64,000 nucleotides of DNA from Aureliella sp. (GTDB lineage Bacteria > Planctomycetota > Planctomycetia > Pirellulales > Pirellulaceae). Both the position numbers and the translations under genes were made by a program. The stretch is taken from assembly GCA_963691875.1 (NCBI GenBank), contig OY829846.1:2784001-2848000 (forward strand), read 5' to 3'. Position 1 is the stretch's first letter. Every line of letters begins with the position of its first letter. Shown here in pieces: positions 1 through 10,192 of this stretch. A model generated the notes under the pieces. It ran no database searches, was not told the origin of the DNA, and saw only the letters and a program-made list of their open reading frames with translations.

Positions 1-16
1 CTTTCTTATAGAACCA

Positions 17-1420
17 ATGTCCGACGCAGTAAAATGTTATCACTTTGTGACGGGTCGATTGGCAGAACATGCGGTACGCGACACTGTCGAGAAGGTGGCA
101 GAGAAAGTTGGCTTTCGCTATTCCATTCAAGTTCTACCAATCACTGTTGCAGCTTTAATCACCTCGAAATGGCTGCTGCGACACTTGGAACTTCCACCAC
201 AGTGCGACTGTCTTTTCTTGCCGGGATATTTGGAGCGCGAGTATGCTTCTTTGCAAGAATCTCTCCCAGTCGAAATACTGATCGGTCCACGTGACATTCG
301 CGATTTACCAATGTTTTTTGGGCAAAAAGCGAACAGGGACGATTATGGCGAATGGGATATAGAGATATTGGCGGAGATCAATCATGCCAATCAGCTGTCA
401 CTTGAAGAGCTCCTGCGCGAAGCCCAAAAGATGGTCCGATCTGGGGCTGATATCATCGATTTGGGCTGCACGCCCAATCAACCTTGGAGCAAAGTGCGGG
501 ACGCAGTTTGCATGCTTCGAGATGAAGGATTGCGAGTCTCCATCGATTCCTTTGACCAACACGAAGTCACTCAAGCTTGCAGCGCCGGTGCAGAACTTGT
601 TCTGTCAGTAAACAGTACTAACAGGGAAGCGAGCGTCGACTGGGGCGCCGAAGTCGTCGTGATTCCTGACACTCCCGGCGACAAAAAAAGTTTTGAAAAA
701 ACAATCGTTTTTTTGGCTGAGCAAAATATTCCGATGCGGTTGGATCCCATCCTAGAACCAATCGGTTGTGGCTTTGCAGAAAGTCTTCGTCGCTACGCCG
801 AGTGCCGTGAGCTTTTTCCTGAAGCCACAATGATGATGGGGATCGGAAACCTAACGGAGCTGACGGACTGCGATTCAGCCGGAGTAAACGTGTTGCTGTT
901 GGGTATTTGCCAAGAACTTGGCATTCGCAGCGTGTTGACCACGCAAGTGATCAACTGGGCACGAAGCAGCGTGGAAGAATGTGACATGGGGCGTCGCCTT
1001 GTCCACTACGCATGCAAACACGGAGTCCCTCCCAAACATTTGGAGCCCAATTTGGTCAGTCTGCGCGATATTCGTGTTAGCGACTATCCGGTGGAGTCGC
1101 TCGAAGCCTTGGCGGCGCAGATCCGAGATAAGAACATCCGCATTTTCTGCAGCAATGGTCTGATACACGCCGTTTCCGCCGTTACGCATGTGAAAGACGA
1201 GGATCCATTCAAAGTAATGGATCTGTTATTGAACTCAGAGGTCGGTCCCTCCATCAACGCCAGTCACGCTTTCTACCTTGGCTACGAGATGGCCAAGGCC
1301 CATACGGCCAACACTCTACGCAAACAATACACGCAAGATGAAGCGCTTGATTGGGGCTATCTCACTCGCCAAGAGCAACACCACCGATTGGCCCGCACCC
1401 ATCGTGCCAAAGATGAGTAG
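17..1420 (+). CDS. Dihydropteroate synthase-like pterin-binding protein (H4MPT-biosynthesis Orf20 / DUF6513-type)
   Basis: 467 aa. N-terminal FVTGRLAE and ITVAAL, central GADIIDLGC, SIDSF, DPILEPIG and GIGNLTELTD, C-terminal HAFYLGYEMAKA..YTQDEALDWG. Confidence 0.8.
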   Translation: MSDAVKCYHFVTGRLAEHAVRDTVEKVAEKVGFRYSIQVLPITVAALITSKWLLRHLELPPQCDCLFLPGYLEREYASLQESLPVEILIGPRDIRDLPMFFGQKANRDDYGEWDIEILAEINHANQLSLEELLREAQKMVRSGADIIDLGCTPNQPWSKVRDAVCMLRDEGLRVSIDSFDQHEVTQACSAGAELVLSVNSTNREASVDWGAEVVVIPDTPGDKKSFEKTIVFLAEQNIPMRLDPILEPIGCGFAESLRRYAECRELFPEATMMMGIGNLTELTDCDSAGVNVLLLGICQELGIRSVLTTQVINWARSSVEECDMGRRLVHYACKHGVPPKHLEPNLVSLRDIRVSDYPVESLEALAAQIRDKNIRIFCSNGLIHAVSAVTHVKDEDPFKVMDLLLNSEVGPSINASHAFYLGYEMAKAHTANTLRKQYTQDEALDWGYLTRQEQHHRLARTHRAKDE

Positions 1421-1608
1421 CGAAGTTCGTAGACTAGTAGGTTCGAAAACCGGCGGCTAGTGATCCGTTATTTTTGCAAAGTATTGGGCTCGCCGACTCA
1501 CTCGCCTGCGCGGCCTGCTAGCATTTTGAAAGTGGGTCCACTGTCTCAATCGCCCCCGGTTTTATTCGAGACAACGTAGAGCTTTTTCGAATGAGACCTA
1601 GCTCCAAG

Positions 1609-1887
1609 CTAGCCGTTCTGTCTTCCGCGAAAGCTGCGAACAGTGTTGCGCATGTCTCTTAAATTTGGTAGAGCACGACCGCGATAGTACATCCGACGCG
1701 CCGTGTTTCCGTAGAAATGCAAAGGACGATAAGGGCGGAGGAGTATCTCAGGTTCAGAGCGTCGAGTCTGTTCATTCTTGATAACGCCAGTTGTCCAGCC
1801 AGGCTCACCAGCTCTTTGTTGAGCAGCGGCAGGCTGAGAAACTGTGAACAATCCAATAGAGGCTATGAGAAGTGTAAGACTGCGCAT
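1609..1887 (-). CDS. Small secreted hypothetical protein
   Basis: ATG at 1887 opens a signal peptide (MRSLTLLIASIGLFTVSQPAAA). RPYRPLHFYGNTARR resembles a planctomycete-type motif. Confidence 0.6.
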   Translation of the reverse strand: MRSLTLLIASIGLFTVSQPAAAQQRAGEPGWTTGVIKNEQTRRSEPEILLRPYRPLHFYGNTARRMYYRGRALPNLRDMRNTVRSFRGRQNG

Positions 1888-2362
1888 ACCTGGAACTCCC
1901 AAGACAGAAACGACCTTTATTGCTGCCGAGCTTGCGGCGCGGGGGACAGTCAAACGTACCCGCTAAAGTTGGCGTCGTGAGAATTTCTTACCTGATCCAG
2001 CAACTCCTGCCGTCCCAAAGTCCGCAGAGACGGCAGAGTCGCTACAGACGTTTCGCTGAACCATTTCCGTGCTAAGGTTGCTGCAGATCTGGGCAAAGCA
2101 CCTCATAGTTTTTAACGCAGATTGGTGAGGACCGCTGTCGTGGGCTGAGGTGCCACTCGCCTCCAGGAACGGTCGTTGGGCCATCTGAATATTTGCGAAT
2201 CGTGCTTAAGTACAGAGAGTAGCCATTGTCTGCGATACTGGTCTACCAGCTGGCTCACTGTTAGTCCGCGTCAGCTGCATAGAGTTCATACTAGCAGGCT
2301 CTGGCAGTCATTCCGCATAGATGCGGAACTAAGAACAAAGCAGCACAGGCTGCTGCCGAACA

Positions 2363-3031
2363 TTACTTGCCCGGCAGCGTTAACGCTTTCTCAATAAGCG
2401 TCTTGAATGCGTCGGTGGGAGATTTCTCGTAGGGCTCGTTGGGGATCTCCAAGTTATCGAGACGTTGCTCGGCACGTTTCATGAATTCTCGGATTTGCTT
2501 CACATCAAGCGGCCCAACGACTTCGACACTCTGACCGTCGTCACGTACCTTGGAACAACTCTGCAAAGTAAACTCCAAATCGCCGCGACTTAGCTTGCGT
2601 TCCGCTGCAGAGCGGAGCAAACGCTGGGAGACTCGCTGAAGTGCCTCTTGTTCGACTTCGGTCAGTCCCGCCTCCGGTGCAAGCTCAATGATTGAGTCAA
2701 TACATCCCCACAGGAGCACTGGGTTGTCCATCAAGCAGTTCCGCAGTCGCGTCAATTGCTGATTATCGATTTTGCGTTCTTCCACCATCGGCAAGACGCG
2801 ATTCAGCTCAGCGATAATTCCAGATTTGTCTTCGTCTGCAAGCTGGCTGCTCTCGATCCATGGAATCAACTGCGAGTTGACTGCTTTCACTGCGATTGGA
2901 TATTGGTCGCCAAAGTAGAGCCAGCTACCAATTCCGCAAACGGCCGAAAAAGTCGCGAGTCCGAGAATCACAATCACAAGGCAGGCCGGCGCCAAGGAGG
3001 GTTCCTTATGCTCCTTTTGCTCGTCTGCCAT
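2363..3031 (-). CDS. Membrane-anchored hypothetical protein
   Basis: ATG at 3031 after purine-rich AAGGAAAG. N-terminal hydrophobic helix followed by a helical soluble region. Confidence 0.7.
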   Translation of the reverse strand: MADEQKEHKEPSLAPACLVIVILGLATFSAVCGIGSWLYFGDQYPIAVKAVNSQLIPWIESSQLADEDKSGIIAELNRVLPMVEERKIDNQQLTRLRNCLMDNPVLLWGCIDSIIELAPEAGLTEVEQEALQRVSQRLLRSAAERKLSRGDLEFTLQSCSKVRDDGQSVEVVGPLDVKQIREFMKRAEQRLDNLEIPNEPYEKSPTDAFKTLIEKALTLPGK

Positions 3032-3177
3032 CGATATGCTTTCCTTGATTGGTATTTGAATGAGTGAACGTTGACAGAGAGGTGGAATCAACCGCTGAGT
3101 TAGCCGAAGCTCTTCACAAGCTCAGTGACTCAGCCGCTCAGAGCACGAAACAAGCCTGCGTTTGCTGCTGTCCCCAA

Positions 3178-3666
3178 CTACTCGACAGAAAACTTATAGT
3201 CGATTCTTAGCACTTCGAACTTCAATGTGCCCTTGGGGATTTCGATCTCGACTTTGTCACCGACTTTCTTGCCCATCAGTGCAGTTCCGATTGGACTGGT
3301 CGATAGGATCTTACCCGAGTCGTAATCCTCATCGCCCGCACCGACCATGGTAAATTCCTCTTCGTCGTCGTAGTCCAGGTCCCTAACCGTAACAGTAGCC
3401 AGCAAGCCAACTTCATCTTTATTCATTTTTGCAGGATCGATGATAAAGGCGTTGGCAACCTTCATCTTCAGTTCGTTGATCTTCGCCTGCAGCATGCCCT
3501 GATTCTGACGCTGACCGTGGTACTCAGCGTTCTCCTTCAAGTCCCCTTCGGCCCGTGCCTCTGCGATCTTCTCCGTGATCTTGGGCATCTCCTCCGATTC
3601 CATGCGCTCAATTTCTTCGCGATACTCTTCGTATTTCTCGCGGGTCATCGGAACCATTTCCGACAT
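3178..3666 (-). CDS. greA: Transcription elongation factor GreA
   Basis: [14 protein letters not shown] and [14 protein letters not shown] motifs. AAGGAG RBS before the ATG at 3666. Confidence 0.95.
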   Translation of the reverse strand: MSEMVPMTREKYEEYREEIERMESEEMPKITEKIAEARAEGDLKENAEYHGQRQNQGMLQAKINELKMKVANAFIIDPAKMNKDEVGLLATVTVRDLDYDDEEEFTMVGAGDEDYDSGKILSTSPIGTALMGKKVGDKVEIEIPKGTLKFEVLRIDYKFSVE

Positions 3667-4015
3667 AATCAACTCCTTTGCAGGCAATCTATTCTGTTAA
3701 CGACAAGTGTCAGGCGAGGCTCGACCTTTGATGATCGGTGATTCCCTAACGCGGTCGCTACCTTGCTACGCGATCATGCCGCCAAGCGATAATCAGTATG
3801 TAAAAAAGGTTATCCAGGATGGCCAATCCGTGCCGAGTTGACCAAGTGTAAAATGAAGACGACCTCTTTCTCGGGAGGAAAAAGAGGTCGATTCAGGTCT
3901 TGTATCGTTTCGCTATATCCTCAGAATTCCTGACGCTTCTGTCAACATCGGAAGCGGCAAAAGTTCCGGCATGCGAAAAAACGCTGGACAATTCGCACCA
4001 AGGCAGCATTCTCGG

Positions 4016-4720
4016 CTAGTCTCGGGCAAGGTAAAGGATGCAATCGCAACTTGGGCACAGGACCGATTTGGCGGTTGCGAGTTGTTCTCGAATCTGAGGC
4101 GTCAGACTCTGGTAACAACCGCTGCAGCAGCCATCTTCTGCCGCCGCCAAGCCATCTTCGCCTTTGGCTGCAACGATGCGTTGATAATGGTCACGGATGT
4201 CACTACCAAGTCCTTTTTCGGTTTCTGCCAATTCCGCCGTCACACGAGCAAGCTCTAACTCCAAATTGGCTTTCTTTTCTGCGATCTGATTCTTGATCAT
4301 CTCGAAATCGGCTTCGACCAGCTTGGCCTGTTCCTCTGCAGTTTTCAAATCACCTTCCATGGCATCTAAGCCCTCGAGGATCTCTAGAATCTCGTCCGAC
4401 AGCACCACATTTGCTTGCGAATCCGCTGCGATCTGGTCCTTGAGCGTTTGATACTCGCGGTTTTCCTTGGCCGCGTTCAGCTGGCCGTTCCACTGGTGGA
4501 TCTTGTCTTCACGCTCCTTCATCTGCAGCTGCTTGCTTTCAGCATCCAGTCGCATCTGCGTCATGCGATCTTTCACATCTTGAGCGCCCTGATTGGCCGC
4601 ATCCAATTTGGCTTGAGCCGCGGCAACGACTTTGGGGCCACGTCGAAGCTGGCCTTCCAAGTCAGTTTTCTGACGAATGATTCGATGCAGAGTTTGAACC
4701 AGTGGAGCAGTGGCGGTCAT
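4016..4720 (-). CDS. Coiled-coil protein with C4 zinc ribbon (DUF164/CT398-like)
   Basis: Long coiled coil with NREYQTL, ending in CSGC...CPSCDCILY. Confidence 0.85.
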   Translation of the reverse strand: MTATAPLVQTLHRIIRQKTDLEGQLRRGPKVVAAAQAKLDAANQGAQDVKDRMTQMRLDAESKQLQMKEREDKIHQWNGQLNAAKENREYQTLKDQIAADSQANVVLSDEILEILEGLDAMEGDLKTAEEQAKLVEADFEMIKNQIAEKKANLELELARVTAELAETEKGLGSDIRDHYQRIVAAKGEDGLAAAEDGCCSGCYQSLTPQIREQLATAKSVLCPSCDCILYLARD

Positions 4721-4982
4721 CTTGCTACGGATTCCAAGAAGGCTGGAGTGTGGATCGCCGAAAAAAGCGAGCGGAGACCGAGCTCAACATGGCTCGAACG
4801 CACCAAAATACTAACGCAGCGAATCGGAACAGGGAAGCGTCAAGATTGCTCGAGTTTTCCGTTTGATGGCAATCTGAAGTCGGCAAATTGGTAGCAAACG
4901 CTTATAGTATTGGTTCCTTTGGCTCGCCAAGCCCCCAATCTGGCCGTGCATACTGGAATCGCCAATCCGAAAGAAAGCTCCG

Positions 4983-6350
4983 ATGTCCGATCCCACCCCG
5001 CAATCCCGCCTTCGTCGTTTCGCCGCGGAGCTGTCCGCTGAGCAGCAGCAAAAACTCGATTCCCAGATCGCCAATGTGGACTTCGAACAACTCGCTCGCT
5101 TGTGCTCCGTTGAAGAATCCAAGGTGGATTGGTCTTCCATAGCAGAACGTGCCGAGCCACCACCGGCCGTACGCCTGGGGCGAACTCCAGCGTTTGGCGA
5201 CGCCATTACAGCCAGGAAGCGAGGCGAAAAGCTGCTTCGCGATGGCAAAGTCGCTGCGATTCTGGTAGCGGGCGGCCAAGGAACGCGACTTGGCTTCGAC
5301 AAACCCAAAGGGCTCTTTCCGATCGGCCCAGTCAGCGGCAGGAGTCTGTTTCAGATCCATTGCGACCGCTTGCTCGCCATGATGCAGCGCTACGACGTTT
5401 CCATTCCGCTGTTCGTGATGACCAGTCCAGCCACCGACCAGGAGACACGCGAGTACTTCGCCAAGAACAATAATTTTGGCCTCGAGCCCGCGCAACTCCA
5501 AGTCTTCTGCCAAGGTACCATGCCTGCGGTGGATGATTCGACTGGTGAAGTGCTACTTTCGGAAAAGCATCAAATTGCACTTAGCCCAGACGGTCACGGC
5601 GGCGTCTTAGCTGCCCTCGACAATACGGGCTGCCTTCAAAGTGCCAAAGAGACCGGGATCGAGTATTTCTTCTACGCGCAAGTTGACAACCCACTAGTGC
5701 AACTATGCGATCCATCGCTGCTAGGATATCACGCGTTGGCCGAAAGTCAGCTGACCACTCAAGTTGTTCAGAAACGCTTTGCAACGGAGAAAGTCGGCAA
5801 TGTAGTGCTGGTCGATGACAAAGTTCAAATCATCGAGTACAGCGACTTACCAGACGCCGCCGCGGAAAAAACAAACGAAGACGGCAGCCTAAAATTTTGG
5901 GCAGGAAACATCGCCGTACACATTTTCAACCGCGACTTCTTACAATCCGTCGCTAGCGATGCAGAGGGCTTGCCTTTTCACCAAGCACACAAAAAAGTGC
6001 CCTTTGTCGATGACTCGGGTGAACTCATTGAACCCGCTACGCCCAACGCGATCAAGTTTGAACGTTTTGTCTTTGACTTGCTACCAATGGCCGAAAAGGC
6101 GATTGTAGTCGAAGGAGATGCATCGGAGGTCTTTGCCCCGGTAAAGAATGCTGAAGACGCCGCAGTCGATACTGCCTCGCATTCACGAGCCGCTCAAGTA
6201 GCTCTTCATCGCACTTGGTTGACCGAAGCTGGCGCCATAGTGCCCGATGACATCCAAGTTGAAATCCACCCTCGCTGGGCACTCTCGTCTGAAGACATCG
6301 GCGAGAGGGTACAAGGTGTCAAATTTGAAGCCGATACTTATCTCCAGTAG
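4983..6350 (+). CDS. UDP-N-acetylhexosamine pyrophosphorylase (UDPGP/UAP family)
   Basis: AGGQGTRLG..PKG, SPDGHGG, QVDNPL, EYSDL and KFERFVFD motifs. Confidence 0.92.
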   Translation: MSDPTPQSRLRRFAAELSAEQQQKLDSQIANVDFEQLARLCSVEESKVDWSSIAERAEPPPAVRLGRTPAFGDAITARKRGEKLLRDGKVAAILVAGGQGTRLGFDKPKGLFPIGPVSGRSLFQIHCDRLLAMMQRYDVSIPLFVMTSPATDQETREYFAKNNNFGLEPAQLQVFCQGTMPAVDDSTGEVLLSEKHQIALSPDGHGGVLAALDNTGCLQSAKETGIEYFFYAQVDNPLVQLCDPSLLGYHALAESQLTTQVVQKRFATEKVGNVVLVDDKVQIIEYSDLPDAAAEKTNEDGSLKFWAGNIAVHIFNRDFLQSVASDAEGLPFHQAHKKVPFVDDSGELIEPATPNAIKFERFVFDLLPMAEKAIVVEGDASEVFAPVKNAEDAAVDTASHSRAAQVALHRTWLTEAGAIVPDDIQVEIHPRWALSSEDIGERVQGVKFEADTYLQ

Positions 6351-6453
6351 CAGCGAATCCCCACCAAACAAATACGACGGGCACAAATACAAGCACGAAG
6401 CGCAAGTGAGTGGGGCGGGGCAGACACAACTTGTATCCAGAAGAACGGAATTT

Positions 6454-6487
6454 CGAATGTCGAGCAAGGGATGTCGAAATTCGAAGT
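6454..6487 (+). repeat. Heptamer-periodic intergenic repeat (family D), copy 1
   Basis: cgaatgtcgagcaagggatgtcgaaattcgaagt matches the reverse complement of 17876-17909 at 27/34 nt. Confidence 0.55.
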
Positions 6488-6596
6488 CCGAATAACTGTC
6501 CTTAGGGCTCCTCCTTTGATGTGAGCCGCTGGCCGTAAGGCCGGCGGCCTTGAGCATGGGTGACACGATGAACACGCATTCCAACCTCCGGCGCGA

Positions 6597-8066
6597 CTAA
6601 CCTCGGCAGAAATTCCTTCGATAGAAAAACAACGCTGCGAACGACAACAGAACGGCCCAGCCCCATTGCCAACAAAGTGCAATGAGGATCTTGTCGTCTA
6701 ACCAATCTTGCTGATTCCAAAGCATTGCCTGAAACCCGGTCATTGCCCAGTAAGTCATCGTGCTCTTGCAAACCGTCTCGAGAACAATTGGCAAGTTCAT
6801 CATCTGCAAGGGAAACCAACATCCGCCTAAGGCGGCCATTATCAAAATCAGCAGAGAAGCAAGACTTTCTGCTTGTTTCTGAGAACGACTGATTGCAGCG
6901 AGAAAAACGCCAAAAGCTCCGCCGGTCATCACCCATGTTACGGAAAGGACGATTAGCGTGAGCGGGTCTCTGAACAAGCCGACTCGGAACATGAGCTCGC
7001 CGTAGGTGAATAAGATCACCATTTGGCCCAAGCCGACGACAAACACAAACAGGAACTTGCCTAGCAAGATCGAGTTGCGAGAAACAGGCTGCGCGAACAA
7101 TCGCTTCAACGTTCCTTCTTCTCGTTCGGCCAACAGAACGCTACCACAACTGGTGAGTGCGAACAGAAGCATCATCACTGTCATGCCCGCAACGCTTTGT
7201 GCTTGTTGGTAGGTAACTCGTTTGCCGCGATCGGGCGGAGCCAGATCCTTGGTTTCCATCGGCACCATTTGATTCATGAACTCCATCATCGAATCCATGG
7301 TGCTGGCCGACCCTTCCTCTTTGCCCTTCAGTTCTTTGTTTTCATCTGCGGCTTTGCCAGTGTCTTCCTTGCTGGGCTGTTCGTCTTCAGCCTGATTATC
7401 GTAGAAGCTCTCGATAGTGCCCCCAATCTGATCCATATAGCCGCGAATGGCGCTGATATCTTGAGCGTCCATACCTTGGTCGCTCAAAATACGTCCCATT
7501 GCATCGGAAAAGACAGTGCCGCCGAAAACGCCCATCGAGGCTTGCATTACTCCGATCTGAATCACGCGATCTTCCATCTGCCTGCCCGGATCGCGCAGCA
7601 TGCGTAACTCCGGTAAATTTTCTTTAGCAATTTTATCAGCGAAATCTTTTTGAATGACCAAGATGTGGTGAGCGTCGCCCTCCGTCACCATCTTTTCGAG
7701 GCTCTTCATCACCCCAGTTTCATCATACTGCGCGGGATTGCTTACCGAGCCATCTGGTTCTTCTACTGAATCTTGCACAGCGAGTTGGTAATTGCTCAGA
7801 TCGACCTTCTGCACTCGCAGCATGTCCGCGTTCTGCAGGGCCTCAACGAAGTTCTGGCTCGCCTTCGATTGCGACAAGTCTGCGACTCGCAAGCGCACCT
7901 GAGGCATCCCGCCGGAACCTCCACCGAAGGCGTAGGCCATGATCCAGCCGAATACGGTTACCAACGCGATAGGTACCAAGATGCTCAGTACTAGCGCAGC
8001 ACGATCTCGCAAAAAGCTTCTCAGATCTTTACGAGCCAGAGCCCAGCCGGCGGAAAGTGTTTGCAT
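6597..8066 (-). CDS. ABC-2 type exporter permease
   Basis: N-terminal TM helix, large extracytoplasmic loop, EREEGTLKRL, C-terminal TM bundle with LGGCWFP. Confidence 0.9.
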   Translation of the reverse strand: MQTLSAGWALARKDLRSFLRDRAALVLSILVPIALVTVFGWIMAYAFGGGSGGMPQVRLRVADLSQSKASQNFVEALQNADMLRVQKVDLSNYQLAVQDSVEEPDGSVSNPAQYDETGVMKSLEKMVTEGDAHHILVIQKDFADKIAKENLPELRMLRDPGRQMEDRVIQIGVMQASMGVFGGTVFSDAMGRILSDQGMDAQDISAIRGYMDQIGGTIESFYDNQAEDEQPSKEDTGKAADENKELKGKEEGSASTMDSMMEFMNQMVPMETKDLAPPDRGKRVTYQQAQSVAGMTVMMLLFALTSCGSVLLAEREEGTLKRLFAQPVSRNSILLGKFLFVFVVGLGQMVILFTYGELMFRVGLFRDPLTLIVLSVTWVMTGGAFGVFLAAISRSQKQAESLASLLILIMAALGGCWFPLQMMNLPIVLETVCKSTMTYWAMTGFQAMLWNQQDWLDDKILIALCWQWGWAVLLSFAALFFYRRNFCRG

Positions 8067-8126
8067 GATTCTTTCTTGGTTTCGATCGATTCCTGTGACA
8101 CTATTTTCGGAGCTTCCAGCTCCCTC

Positions 8127-8867
8127 CTAGTCGTCGCGCAGGCTGCGTCCGGTAAGTTTAAGGAATATTTCTTCAAGATCGGATTCAGGCTCACCGGATT
8201 GCTCTGCAAGCTCTTGCGGTGTGCCCACAGCGATCACACTCCCCTCATGCATGATGGCGATTCGATTGCACAGTCTCTGTGCCTCCTCCATGTAGTGCGT
8301 CGTGTAAAGCAGTGAAACTCCGTCTGCTTTTAGCTGCAAGAGTGTTTCGAAAAGGTGATTTCGACTCTGCGGATCCACCCCGACCGTGGGCTCGTCCAAA
8401 AGAACCAGGGATGGCGAGTGCATCAACCCCGCAGCGAGATTCAGTCTTCTCTGCATCCCACCGCTAAAAGTCCGTACGAGATCTTTCTGGCGATCTACCA
8501 ATCCGGCAAGCTCCAAATTCTTCTCGACCGCCTTCCGCCGCTCCGCTTTACCTAGGCCATTCAGTTCACCGAACAGATCCAAGTTTTCCTCGGCAGTGAG
8601 ATTGGCGTAGAGTGCAATCTCTTGTGGGACAAAACCAAGCTGTCCTCGATCGGACGCTTGCAATGCAGGTTGAAACGGCTCACCGTGCCAGGACATGGCC
8701 CCCTGCCAAGCAGAGAGCAATCCAACCATACAGGAGATAGCCGTAGTCTTTCCCGCTCCATTCGGGCCAAGCAGTCCAAGGCATTCTCCCTCACGTACTT
8801 CAAAGCTCGCTCCACACACAGCTTGTCGATCCTGGTAACTGTAGGATAGCTCTTCAATCTTTAGCAT
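8127..8867 (-). CDS. ABC exporter ATP-binding protein
   Basis: GPNGAGKTT, FSGGMQRR, LLDEPTVGVD and TTHYMEEA motifs. Confidence 0.95.
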   Translation of the reverse strand: MLKIEELSYSYQDRQAVCGASFEVREGECLGLLGPNGAGKTTAISCMVGLLSAWQGAMSWHGEPFQPALQASDRGQLGFVPQEIALYANLTAEENLDLFGELNGLGKAERRKAVEKNLELAGLVDRQKDLVRTFSGGMQRRLNLAAGLMHSPSLVLLDEPTVGVDPQSRNHLFETLLQLKADGVSLLYTTHYMEEAQRLCNRIAIMHEGSVIAVGTPQELAEQSGEPESDLEEIFLKLTGRSLRDD

Positions 8868-9234
8868 CGGAGTGAGTCGGATTTGTTTTGAGGATCGAAA
8901 TAAAAGGTGTCAGCGTCACACGCTACGCGTGAAACCAACATTTTAGAAGGCACGACGCGTAAGCGAGTGAGTCCATCAGTTTCGTAGCTGAAGTCTTCAA
9001 GACTCTAGGTGTCCTGTGGGAGGGTTTCGTTAACTTCGCTAGACCGAATTCGCAACAGGTCGGATTCGATGAGTTTTGGCAAATCTTGGAATCATTCTCA
9101 CAAACCGCAACATTTTCACCTGGTCTGTATTCGCTATTTGCCGAGCTTGCACCCTCGAGCTAATGCTGGGACTAAGCCAAAAAACGAGGAGCTATGATCC
9201 ACTTCAGTGATCGAGAGCCCTGATTGTGAGAGAG

Positions 9235-9950
9235 ATGGAAAATCTACAACAAGCCCGCAAGAGCCCACCGATAATGACTGTGATCGTGACTCAATTTATT
9301 CATGTTTATTATGCTCCGCCTTCCCATACCATCGGGGACTCACCCACACCCAAACTTACTTAGGTTTTGGTGCTCGAACAACGTGAAGTAACTCTCCTTA
9401 GCAATTAACTACGAGCCAGACTACGGCTGTTTTCCTCCAGCCTAAACGGTTGACGCCAACGGCAATCGGCTTCGTAGCTGGAGAACACGTCTTCTCCCGT
9501 ACCAAGAGGAAAACCAGGACTACCATAAAACAAATTTTTCAAAGCCTTGAGATCAGCCAGTCAACGCCAACTTCAATGACATTCAGCTATCCGGGTTCGC
9601 ATGTCCTGCAGCACGCCTTGCACCTGGCTCGATCACCTACATTGTCGTTGATGATCCCGAGGGGATTTTTGCAGAAGTACTTTAATGCGGGTGATTCAGA
9701 TCTCAGATGGGACCGGAAATAAGCTCATGGTTGTGGAAGTCGACAAATCACTTGCCATCGCATCGATGAGTCCCACTGACATCGACATGGAAAACTACCT
9801 CGACAATTCATTCATAACGGAAACACGAACAGGGCGCGAATTGTTGCCTGGCGGGTGGTTCCACTGACCTCACGCCCTCTTGGATGCAGGAGGAGATGGA
9901 AACCATGGCAACCAAACCAGCCGGGGACAAAACAGTCACCAGCTTCCGTA
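9235..9950 (+). pseudogene. DUF1559 (planctomycete SBP_bac_10 / prepilin-associated) gene remnant
   Basis: From 9371 reads CSNNVK*LSLAINYEPDYGCFPPA*TVDANGNRLRSWRTRLLPY...FSKP*DQPVN. Another frame later gives ISDGTGNKLMVVEVD...MSPTDID. Ends approximate. Confidence 0.8.
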
Positions 9951-10192
9951 GAATCGCTCCCTGACGCGGCCGCACTAGCCCAGGCCATGGGCTCATATTA
10001 CTCCTTGGCGGTCAAGTCCTAGCGACCGACAAAGTTTTCCGCTGCAATGAAATCAGAGCATGTTTTGTGAATCTGCTTCGTAGGCTCGTCCGCTTGCTTG
10101 TCGCGGCTTGTTCTAGCACCTAGGATGAAGAAGTTAACTCTGGTGGTGCTTCCTATTTGCCATCAGCCTCCGCGAGTTGGGCAATAAAAAGC

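Noticed and set aside
9950..10192. Riboswitch upstream of egtD
   Set aside because: No SAM or other riboswitch consensus was recognised.
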